Assembly (NCBI GenBank): GCA_964016885.1
Contig: OZ024743.1
Span: 180,978,001-181,042,000 of the forward strand
Length of the DNA: 64,000 nucleotides
Source: Eledone cirrhosa
Taxonomy: Eukaryota
Direction: 5' to 3'
Of this stretch, positions 52,501 through 64,000 are shown piece by piece (position 1 is the first letter of the stretch; the number at the start of each line of letters is the position of its first letter). Below the pieces are notes generated by a model that worked only from the letters and a program-made list of their open reading frames with translations, did no database searches and was not told where the DNA came from. The position numbers and the translations under genes are program-made.

Positions 52501-55500
52501 TGTTGGAGTACCACTCTAGTTGTGCAACTGATGCAGCCTGTTGTTGGAGCACCACTCTAGTTGTGCCACTGATGCAGTCAATTGTTGGAGTACCACTCTA
52601 GTTGTGCCACAAATGCACTCAGTCGTTGGAGTACCACTCTAGTTGTGCAACTGATGCAGCCATTTGTTGGAGTACCACTCTAGTTGTGCAATTGATGCAG
52701 TCAGTTGTTGCAGTACCACTCTAATTGTGCCACTGATGCAGCCAGTTGTTGGAGTACCACTCTAGTTGTGCCACTGATGCAGCCAGTTGTTGGAGTACCA
52801 CTCTAGTTGTGTCACTGATGCAGCCAGTTGTTGGAGTACCCCTCTAGTTGTGCCACTGATGCAGCCAGTTGTTGCAGTACCACTCTAGTTGTGCCACTGA
52901 TGCAGCCAGTTGTTGGAGTACCACTCTAGTTGTGTCACTCATGCAGTCAGTTGTTGGAGTACCACTCTAGTTGTGCCTATGATGCAGCCAGTTGTTGGAG
53001 TACCACTCTAGTTGTGCCACTGATGCAGCCAGTTGTTGGAGTACAACTCTAATTGTGCCACTGATGCAGCCAGTTGTTGGAGTACCACTCTAGTTGTGTC
53101 ACTGATGCAGTCAGTTGTTGGAGTACCACTCTAGTTGTGCCACTGGTGCAGCCAGTTGTTGGAGTACCACTCTAGTTGTGTCACTGATGTAGCCAGTTGT
53201 TGCAGTACCACTCTAGTTGTGCCACTGAAGCAGCCAGTTGTTGGAGTACCACTCTAGTTGTGTCACTCATGCAGTCAGTTGTTGGAGTACCACTCTAGTT
53301 GTGCCTATGATGCAGCCAGTTGTTGGAGTACCACTCTAGTTGTGCCACTCATGCAGTCAGTTTTTGGAGTACCACTCTAATTGTGTCACTGATGCAGCCA
53401 GTTGTTGGAGTACCACTCTAGTTGTGCCACTGATGCAGCCAGTCTTTGGGTACCACTCTAGTTGTGCCACTGATGCTGCCAGTTGTTCGAGTACCACTCT
53501 AGTTGTGCCACTGATGCAGTCAGTTGTTCGAGTACCACTCTAGTTGTGTCACTGATACAGCCAGTTGTTGGAGTACCACTCTAGTTGTGCCACTGAGGCA
53601 GCAAGTTGTTGGAGTACCACTCTAGTTATGAAACTGATGCAGCCAGTTGTTGGAGTACCACTCTAGTTGTGCCACTGATGCAGGCAGTTGTTGGAGTACC
53701 ACTCTAGTTGTGCCACTGATGCAGCCAGTTGTTGGAGTACCACTCTAGTTGTGCCACTGATGCAGCCAGTTTTTGGAGTACCACTCTAGTTGTGCCACTC
53801 ATGCAGTCAGTTGTTGGAGTACCACTCTAGTTGTGCCACTGATGCCGCCAGTTGTTGGAGTACCACTCTAGTTGTGTCACTGATGCAGCCAGTTGTTGGA
53901 GTACCACTCTAGTTGTGTCACTGATGCAGCCAGTTGTTGGAGTACCACTCTAGTTGTGTCACTGATGCAGCCAGTCTTTGGGTACCACTCGAGTTGTGCC
54001 ACTGATACGGCCAGTTGTTGCAATACCACTCTAGTTGTGCCACAGATGTAGCCAGTTGTTGGAGTACCCCTCTAGTTGTGCCACTGATGCAGCCAGTTGT
54101 TGGAGTACCCCTCAAGTTGTGCAACTGATGCAGCCTATTGTTGGAGCACCACTCTAGTTGTGCCACTGATGCAGTCAATTGTTGGAGTACCACTCTAGTT
54201 GTGCCACAAATGCACTCAGTTGTTGGAGTACCACTCTAGTTGTGCAACTGATGCAGCCATTTGTTGGAGTACCACTCTAGTTGTGCAATTGATGCAGTCA
54301 GTTGTTGCAGTACCACTCTAATTGTGCCACTGATGCAGCCAGTTGTTGGAGTACCACTCTAGTTGTGCCACTGATGCAGGCAGTTGTTGGAGTACCACTC
54401 TAATTGTGTCACTGATGCAGCCAGTTGTTGGAGTACCACTCTAGTTGTGCCACTGATGCAGTCAGTTGTTGGAGTACCACTCTAGTTGTGCCACTGATGC
54501 AGCCAGTTGTTGGAGTACCACTCTAGTTGTGTCACTGATGCAGCCAGTTGTTGGAGTACCACTCTAGTTGTGTCACTGATGCAGCCAGTTGTTGGAGTAC
54601 CACTCTAGTTGTGCCACTGATGCAGCCAGCTGTTTCAGTACCACTCTAGTTGTGCCACTGATGCAGCCAGTTGTTGCAGTACCACTCTAGTTGTGTCACA
54701 GATGCAGCCAGTTGTTGGAGTACCACTCTAGTTGTGTCACTGATGCCTGCCAGTTGTTGGAGTACCACTCTAGTTGTGCCACTGATGCAGCCAGTTGTTG
54801 GAGTACCACTCTAGTTGTGTCACTCATGCAGTCCGTTGTTGGAGTACCACTCTAGTTGTGCCTATGATGCAGCCAGTTGTTGGAGTACCACTCTAGTTGT
54901 GCCACTGATGCAGCCAGTTGTTGGAGTACAACTCTAATTGTGCCACTGATGCAGCCAGTTGTTGGAGTACCACTCTAGTTGTGCCACTGATGCAGTCAGT
55001 TATTGCAGTACCACTCTAGTTGTATCACTGATGCAGCCAGTTGTTGGAGTACCACTCTAGTTGTGTCACTGATGAAGCCAGTTGTTGCAGTACCACTCTA
55101 GTTGTGCCACTGATGCAGCCAGTTGTTGGAGTACCACTCTAGTTGTATCACTCATGCAGTCAGTTGTTGGAGTACCACTCTAGTTGTGCCTATGATGCAG
55201 CCAGTTGTTGGAGTACCACTCTAGTTGTGCCCCTCATGCAGTCAGTTTTTGGAGTACCACTCTAATTGAGTCACTGATGCAGCCAGTTGTTGGAGTACCA
55301 CTCTAGTTGTGCCACTGATGCAGCCAGTCTTTGGGTACCACTCTAGCTGTGCCACTGATGCAGTCAGTTGTTCGAGTACCACTCTAGTTGTGTCACTGAT
55401 ACAGCCAGTTGTTGGAGTACCACTCTAGTTGTGCCACTGACGCAGCAAGTTGTTGGAGTACCACTCTAGTTATGAAACTGATGCAGCCAGTTGTTGGAGT

Positions 55501-58500
55501 ACCACTCTAGTTGTGCCACTGATGCAGCCAGTTGTTGGAGTACCACTCTAGTTGTGCCACTGATGCAGCCAGTTGTTGGAGTACCAATCTAGTTGTGCCA
55601 CTGATGCAGCCAGTTTTTGGAGTACCACTCTAGTTGTGCCACTCATGCAGTCAGTTGTTGGAGTACCACTCTAGTTGTGCCACTGATGCAGCCAGTTGTT
55701 GGAGTACCACTCTAGATGTGTCACTGAAGCAGCCAGTCGTTGGGTACCATTCTAGTCGTGCCACTGATGCAGCCTGTTGTTGGAGTACCATTCAAGTTGT
55801 GCCACTGATGCAGTCAGTTGTTGGAGTACCACTCTAGTTGTGCCTCTGATGCAGCCAGTTGTTGGAGTACCACTCTAGTTGTGCCACTGATGCAATCAGT
55901 TGCTGGAGTACCATTCTAATTGTGCAACTGCTGCAGCCAGTTGTTTGAGTACCACTCTAGTTGTGCCACTGATGCAGCCAGTTGTTGGAGTACCACTCTA
56001 GTTGTGCCACTGATGCAGCCAGTTGTTGGAGTACCACTCTAGTTGTGCCACTGATGCAGCCAGGTGTTACAGTACCACTCTTATTGTGTCAATGATGCAG
56101 CCAGCTGTTGGAGTACCACTCTAGTTGTGTCACTGATGCAGCCAGTCTTTGGGTACCACTCTAGTTGTGCCACTGATACAGCCAGTTGTTGGAATACCAC
56201 TCTAGTTGTGTCACTGATGCAGCCATTTGTTGGAGTACCACTTTAGTTGTACCACTGATGCAGCCAGTTGTTGAAGTACCACTCTAGATGTGCCACTGAT
56301 GCAGCCAGTCGTTGGGTACCACACTAGTTGTTCCACTGATGCAGCCTGTTGTTGGAGCACCACTCTAGTTGTGCCACTGATGCAGTCAATTGTTGGAGTA
56401 CCACTCTAGTTGTGCCACAAATGCACTCAGTTGTTGGAGTACCACTCTAGTTGTGCAACTGATGCAGCCATTTGTTGGAGTACCACTCTAGTTGTGCCAT
56501 TGATGCAGTCAGTTGTTGGAGTACCACTCTAGTTGTGCCACTGATGCAGCCAGTTGTTGGAGTACCACTCTAGTTGTGTCACTGATGCAGCCAGTTGTTG
56601 GAGTACCACTCTAGTTGTGCCACTGATGCAGCCAGTTGTTAGAGTACCACTCTAGTTATGCCACTGATGCAGCCAGTTGTTGGAGTACCACTCTAGTTGT
56701 GCAACTGATACAGCCAGTCTTTGGGTACCACTCTAGTTGTGCCACTCATGCAGTCAGTTGTTGGAGTACCACTCTAGTTGTGCCACTGATGCCGCCAGTT
56801 GTTGGAGTACCACTCTAGTTGTGTCACTGATGCAGCCAGTTGTTGGAGTACCACTCTAGTTGTGTCACTGATGCAGCCAGTTGTTGGAGTACCACTCTAG
56901 TTGTGTCACTGATGCAGCCAGTCTTTGGGTACCACTCGAGTTGTGCCACTGATACGGCCAGTTGTTGCAATACCACTCTAGTTGTGCCACAGATGTAGCC
57001 AGTTGTTGGAGTACCCCTCTAGTTGTGCCACTGATGCAGCCAGTTGTTGGAGTACCCCTCTAGTTGTGCAATTGATGCAGCCTGTTGTTGGAGCACCACT
57101 CTAGTTGTGCCACTGATGCAGTCAATTGTTGGAGTACCACTCTAGTTGTGCCACAAATGCACTCAGTTGTTGGAGTACCACTCTAGTTGTGCAACTGATG
57201 CAGCCATTTGTTGGAGTACCACTCTAGTTGTGCAATTGATGCAGTCAGTTGTTGCAGTACCACTCTAATTGTGCCACTGATGCAGCCAGTTGTTGGAGTA
57301 CCACTCTAGTTGTGCCACTGATGCAGTCAGTTGTTCGAGTACCACTCTAGTTGTGTCACTGATACAGCCAGTTGTTGGAGTACCACTCTAGTTGTGCCAC
57401 TGAGGCAGCAAGTTGTTGGAGTACCACTCTAGTTATGAAACTGATGCAGCCAGTTGTTGGAGTACCACTCTAGTTGTGCCACTGATGCAGCCAGTTTTTG
57501 GAGTACCACTCTAGTTGTGCCACTGATGCAGTCAGTTGTTGGAGTACCACTCTAGTTGTGCCACTGATGCAGCCAGTTGTTGGAGTACCACTCTAGTTGT
57601 GTCACTGATGCAGCCAGTTGTTGGAGTACCACTCTAGTTGTGTCACTGATGCAGCCAGTTTTTGGAGTACCACTCTAGTTGTGCCACTGATGCAGCCAGC
57701 TGTTTCAGTACCACTCTAGTTGTGCCACTGATGCAGCCAGTTGTTGCAGTACCACTCTAGTTGTGTCACAGATGCAGCCAGTTGTTGGAGTACCACTCTA
57801 GTTGTGTCACTGATGCAGCCAGTTGTTGGAGTACCACTCTAGTTGTGCCACTGATGCAGCCAGTTGTTTCAGTACCACTCTAGTTGTGCCACTGATGCAG
57901 CCAGTTGTTGGAGTACCACTCTAGTTGTGTCACTCATGCAGTCCGTTGTTGGAGTACCACTCTAGTTGTGCCTATGATGCAGCCAGTTGTTGGAGTACCA
58001 CTCTAGTTGTGCCACTGATGCAGCCAGTTGTTGGAGTACAACTCTAATTGTGCCACTGATGCAGCCAGTTGTTGGAGTACCACTCTAGTTGTGCCACTGA
58101 TGCAGTCAGTTGTTGCAGTACCACTCTAGTTGTGCCACTGATGCAGCCAGTTGTTGGAGTACCACTCTAGTTGTGTCACTGATGAAGCCAGTTGTTGCAG
58201 TACCACTCTAGTTGTGCCACTGATGCAGCCAGTTGTTGGAGTACCACTCTAGTTGTGTCACTCATGCAGTCAGTTGTTGGAGTACCACTCTAGTTGTGCC
58301 TATGATGCAGCCAGTTGTTGGAGTACCACTCTAGTTGTGCCACTCATGCAGTCAGTTTTTGGAGTACCACTCTAATTGAGTCACTGATGCAGCCAGTTGT
58401 TGGAGTACCACTCTAGTTGTGCCACTGATGCAGCCAGTCTTTGGGTACCACTCTAGTTGTGCCACTGATGCAGTCAGTTGTTCGAGTACCACTCTAGTTG

Positions 58501-61500
58501 TGTCACTGATACAGCCAGTTGTTGGAGTACCACTCTAGTTGTGCCACTGAGGCAGCAAGTTGTTGGAGTACCACTCTAGTTATGAAACTGATGCAGCCAG
58601 TTGTTGGAGTACCACTCTAGTTGTGCCACTGATGCAGCCAGTTGTTGGAGTACCACTCTAGTTGTGCCACTGATGCAGCCAGTTGTTGGAGTACCAATCT
58701 AGTTGTGCCACTGATGCAGCCAGTTTTTGGAGTACCACTCTAGTTGTGCCACTCATGCAGTCAGTTGTTGGAGTACCACTCTAGTTGTGCCACTGATGCA
58801 GCCAGTTGTTGGAGTACCACTCTAGATGTGTCACTGAAGCAGCCAGTCGTTGGGTACCACTCTAGTCGTGCCACTGATGCAGCCTGTTGTTGGAGTACCA
58901 TTCAAGTTGTGCCACTGATGCAGTCAGTTGTTGGAGTACCACTCTAGTTGTGCCACTGATGCAGCCAGTTGTTGGAGTACCACTCTAGTTGTGCCACTGA
59001 TGCAATCAGTTGCTGGAGTACCACTCTAATTGTGCAACTGCTGCAGCCAGTTGTTTGAGTACCACTCTATTTGTGCCACTGATGCAGCCAGTTGTTGGAG
59101 TACCACTCTAGTTGTGCCACTGATGCAGCCAGTTGTTGGAGTACCACTCTAGTTGTGCCACTGATGCAGCCAGGTGTTACAGTACCACTCTAGTTGTGTC
59201 AATGATGCAGCCAGCTGTTGGAGTACCACTCTAGTTGTGTCACTGATGCAGCCAGTCTTTGGGTACCACTCTAGTTGTGCCACTGATACAGCCAGTTGTT
59301 GGAATACCACTCTAGTTGTGTCACTGATGCAGCCATTTGTTGGAGTACCACTTTAGTTGTACCACTGATGCAGCCAGTTGTTGAAGTACCACTCTAGATG
59401 TGCCACTGATGCAGCCAGTCGTTGGGTACCACACTAGTTGTTCCACTGATGCAGCCTGTTGTTGGAGCACCACTCTAGTTGTGCCACTGATGCAGTCAAT
59501 TGTTGGAGTACCACTCTAGTTGTGCCACAAATGCACTCAGTTGTTGGAGTACCACTCTAGTTGTGCAACTGATGCAGCCAGTTGTTGGAGTACCACTCTA
59601 GTTGTGCCACTGATGCAGCCAGTTGTTGGAGTTCCACTCTAGTTGTGCCACTGATACAGCCAGTCTTTGGGTACCACTCTAGTTGTGCCACTGATACAGC
59701 CAGTTGTTGGAGTACCACTCTAGTTGTGCAACTGCTGCAGCCAGTTGCTGGAGTACCACTCTAGTTGTGTCACTGATGCAGCCAGTTGTTGGAGTACCAC
59801 TCTAGTTGTGCCACTGATGCAGCCAGTTGTTGGTGTACCACTCTAGGTGTGTCACTGATGCAGCCAGTTGTTGGAGTACCACTCTAGTTGTGCCACTGAT
59901 GCAGCCAGTTGTTGGAGTACCATTCTAGTTGTGCCACTGATGCAGTCAGTTGTTGGAGTACCACTCTAATTGTGCCCCTGATGCAGCCAGTTGTTGGAGT
60001 ACCACTCTAGTTGTGCCACTGATACAGCCAGTCTTTGGGTACCACTCTAGTTGTGCCACTGATACAGCCAGTTGTTGGAGTACCACTCTAGTTGTGCAAC
60101 TGATGCAGCCAGTTGCTGGAGTACCACTCTATTTGTGTCACTGATGCAGCCAGTTGTTGGAGTACCACTCTAGTTGTGTCACTGATGCAGCCAGTTGTTG
60201 GAGTACCACTCTAGTTGTGCGACTGATGCAGCCAGTTGTTGGAGTATCACTCTAGTTGTGCCACTGATGCAGTCAGTTGTTGGAGTACCACTCTAGTTGT
60301 GCCCCTGATGCAGCCAGTTGTTGGAGTACCACTCTAGTTGTGCCACTGATGCAGCCAGTCGTTGGGTACCACTCTAGTTGTGCCACTGATGCAGCCTGTT
60401 GTTTCAGTACCACTCTAGTTGTGCCACTGATGCAGTCAGTTGTTTGAGTACCACTCTAGTTGTGCCACAAATGCCTCTCAGTTGTTGGATTACCACTCTA
60501 GTTGTGCCACTGATAAAGCCAGTTGTTGGAGTACCACTCTAGTTGTGCCACTGATGCAGCCAATTGTTGGAGTACCACTCTAGTTGTGCCACTGATGCAG
60601 CCAGTTGTTGGAGTACAACTCTAGTTGTGCTACTGATGCAGCCAGTCGTTTTGTTCCACTCTAGTTGTGCCACTGATGCAGTCAGTTGTTGGAGTACCAC
60701 TCTAGTTGTGCCACAGATGTAGCCAGTTGTTGGAGTACCACTCTAGTTGTGCCACTGATGCAGCCAGTTGTTGGAGTACCACTCTAGTTGTGCCACTGAT
60801 GCAGCCAGTTGTTGGAGTACCACTCTAGTTGTGCAACTGATACAGCCAGTCTTTGGGTACCACTCTAGTTGTGCCACTCATGCAGTCAGTTGTTGGAGTA
60901 CCACTCTAGTTGTGCCACTGATGCCGCCAGTTGTTGGAGTACCACTCTAGTTGTGTCACTGATGCAGCCAGTTGTTGGAGTACCACTCTAGTTGTGTCAC
61001 TGATGCAGCCAGTTGTTGGAGTACCACTCTAGTTGTGTCACTGATGCAGCCAGTCTTTGGGTACCACTCGAGTTGTGCCACTGATACGGCCAGTTGTTGC
61101 AATACCACTCTAGTTGTGCCACAGATGTAGCCAGTTGTTGGAGTACCCCTCTAGTTGTGCCACTGATGCAGCCAGTTGTTGGAGTACCCCTCTAGTTGTG
61201 CAATTGATGCAGCCTGTTGTTGGAGCACCACTCTAGTTGTGCCACTGATGCAGTCAATTGTTGGAGTACCACTCTAGTTGTGCCACAAATGCACTCAGTT
61301 GTTGGAGTACCACTCTAGTTGTGCAACTGATGCAGCCATTTGTTGGAGTACCACTCTAGTTGTGCAATTGATGCAGTCAGTTGTTGCAGTACCACTCTAA
61401 TTGTGCCACTGATGCAGCCAGTTGTTGGAGTACCACTCTAGTTGTGCCACTGATGCAGCCAGTTGTTGGAGTACCACTCTAGTTGTGTCACTGATGCAGC

Positions 61501-64000
61501 CAGTTGTTGGAGTACCACTCTAGTTGTGCCACTGATGCAGCCAGTTGTTGCAGTACCACTCTAGTTGTGCCACTGATGCAGCCAGTTGTTGGAGTACCAC
61601 TCTAGTTGTGTCACTCATGCAGTCAGTTGTTGGAGTACCACTCTAGTTGTGCATATGATGCAGCCAGTTGTTGGAGTACCACTCTAGTTGTGCCACTGAT
61701 GCAGTCAGTTGTTCGAGTACCACTCTAGTTGTGTCACTGATACAGCCAGTTGTTGGAGTACCACTCTAGTTGTGCCACTGAGGCAGCAAGTTGTTGGAGT
61801 ACCACTCTAGTTATGAAACTGATGCAGCCAGTTGTTGGAGTACCACTCTAGTTGTGCCACTGATGCAGCCAGTTTTTGGAGTACCACTCTAGTTGTGCCA
61901 CTGATGCAGTCAGTTGTTGGAGTACCACTCTAGTTGTGCCACTGATGCAGCCAGTTGTTGGAGTACCACTCTAGTTGTGTCACTGATGCAGCCAGTTGTT
62001 GGAGTACCACTCTAGTTGTGTCACTGATGCAGCCAGTTTTTGGAGTACCACTCTAGTTGTGCCACTGATGCAGCCAGCTGTTTCAGTACCACTCTAGTTG
62101 TGCCACTGATGCAGCCAGTTGTTGCAGTACCACTCTAGTTGTGTCACAGATGCAGCCAGTTGTTGGAGTACCACTCTAGTTGTGTCACTGATGCAGCCAG
62201 TTGTTGGAGTACCACTCTAGTTGTGCCACTGATGCAGCCAGTTGTTTCAGTACCACTCTAGTTGTGCCACTGATGCAGCCAGTTGTTGGAGTACCACTCT
62301 AGTTGTGTCACTCATGCAGTCCGTTGTTGGAGTACCACTCTAGTTGTGCCTATGATGCAGCCAGTTGTTGGAGTACCACTCTAGTTGTGCCACTGATGCA
62401 GCCAGTTGTTGGAGTACAACTCTAATTGTGCCACTGATGCAGCCAGTTGTTGGAGTACCACTCTAGTTGTGCCACTGATGCAGTCAGTTGTTGCAGTACC
62501 ACTCTAGTTGTGCCACTGATGCAGCCAGTTGTTGGAGTACCACTCTAGTTGTGTCACTGATGAAGCCAGTTGTTGCAGTACCACTCTAGTTGTGCCACTG
62601 ATGCAGCCAGTTGTTGGAGTACCACTCTAGTTGTGTCACTCATGCAGTCAGTTGTTGGAGTACCACTCTAGTTGTGCCTATGATGCAGCCAGTTGTTGGA
62701 GTACCACTCTAGTTGTGCCACTCATGCAGTCAGTTTTTGGAGTACCACTCTAATTGAGTCACTGATGCAGCCAGTTGTTGGAGTACCACTATAGTTGTGC
62801 CACTGATGCAGCCAGTCTTTGGGTACCACTCTAGTTGTGCCACTGATGCAGTCAGTTGTTCGAGTACCACTCTAGTTGTGTCACTGATACAGCCAGTTGT
62901 TGGAGTACCACTCTAGTTGTGCCACTGAGGCAGCAAGTTGTTGGAGTACCACTCTAGTTATGAAACTGATGCAGCCAGTTGTTGGAGTACCACTCTAGTT
63001 GTGCCACTGATGCAGCCAGTTGTTGGAGTACCACTCTAGTTGTGCCACTGATGCAGCCAGTTGTTGGAGTACCAATCTAGTTGTGCCACTGATGCAGCCA
63101 GTTTTTGGAGTACCACTCTAGTTGTGCCACTCATGCAGTCAGTTGTTGGAGTACCACTCTAGTTGTGCCACTGATGCAGCCAGTTGTTGGAGTACCACTC
63201 TAGATGTGTCACTGAAGCAGCCAGTCGTTGGGTACCACTCTAGTCGTGCCACTGATGCAGCCTGTTGTTGGAGTACCATTCAAGTTGTGCCACTGATGCA
63301 GTCAGTTGTTGGAGTACCACTCTAGTTGTGCCACTGATGCAGCCAGTTGTTGGAGTACCACTCTAGTTGTGCCACTGATGCAATCAGTTGCTGGAGTACC
63401 ACTCTAATTGTGCAACTGCTGCAGCCAGTTGTTTGAGTACCACTCTATTTGTGCCACTGATGCAGCCAGTTGTTGGAGTACCACTCTAGTTGTGCCACTG
63501 ATGCAGCCAGTTGTTGGAGTACCACTCTAGTTGTGCCACTGATGCAGCCAGGTGTTACAGTACCACTCTAGTTGTGTCAATGATGCAGCCAGCTGTTGGA
63601 GTACCACTCTAGTTGTGTCACTGATGCAGCCAGTCTTTGGGTACCACTCTAGTTGTGCCACTGATACAGCCAGTTGTTGGAATACCACTCTAGTTGTGTC
63701 ACTGATGCAGCCATTTGTTGGAGTACCACTTTAGTTGTACCACTGATGCAGCCAGTTGTTGAAGTACCACTCTAGATGTGCCACTGATGCAGCCAGTCGT
63801 TGGGTACCACACTAGTTGTTCCACTGATGCAGCCTGTTGTTGGAGCACCACTCTAGTTGTGCCACTGATGCAGTCAATTGTTGGAGTACCACTCTAGTTG
63901 TGCCACAAATGCACTCAGTTGTTGGAGTACCACTCTAGTTGTGCAACTGATGCAGCCAGTTGTTGGAGTACCACTCTAGTTGTGCCACTGATGCAGCCAG
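46586..64000. repeat. 41-bp satellite DNA array (>17 kb, ~425 units, runs off the window) with higher-order repeats
   Basis: Consensus gttgttggagtaccactctagttgtgccactgatgcagcca in head-to-tail copies. Confidence 0.98.

Noticed and set aside
46586-64000. CRISPR array or repetitive coding exon
   Set aside because: No unique spacers; the 41-bp unit is not a multiple of 3 and has frequent stops; eukaryotic context.
46586-64000. Satellite as a hammerhead array, or derived from the ACTC...GAGTAC tail motif
   Set aside because: CTGATG is followed by C and there is no GAAA; the resemblance to the tail motif is too short to support.

Overview
Repeat-dominated, AT-rich animal genomic DNA with no recognisable host protein-coding gene. 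The SINE families and the dense (TA)n/(CA)n microsatellites suggest a cephalopod such as Octopus (inference). Positions 1-46.5 kb are a mosaic of transposons: two Penelope-like retroelements (PLEs) with RT + C-terminal GIY-YIG ORFs, a third PLE 3' remnant, tRNA-derived SINEs, RTE and CRE LINE fragments, MITEs and Helentron-like non-autonomous elements. One PLE (+ strand, ~17.6-24.3 kb) is 5'-truncated and flanked by 673-bp inverted repeats. The other (- strand, ~35.3-39.0 kb) is essentially full length with one homopolymer frameshift. From ~46.6 kb to the end is a 41-bp satellite with higher-order repeats. The main observation is a dense set of type-I hammerhead ribozyme (HHR) motifs: about 9 complete or near-complete folds, several with very long helix II. 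These come with many short fold-back palindromes made of the 3' half of an HHR mirrored inside helix II, often followed by AATAAA and an unpaired tail with a shared ACTC...GAGTRCT motif, and mostly bounded by (TA)n. Together they look like a PLE-driven system of ribozyme-bearing hairpin insertions targeting TA microsatellites. All folds and alignments were done by eye.
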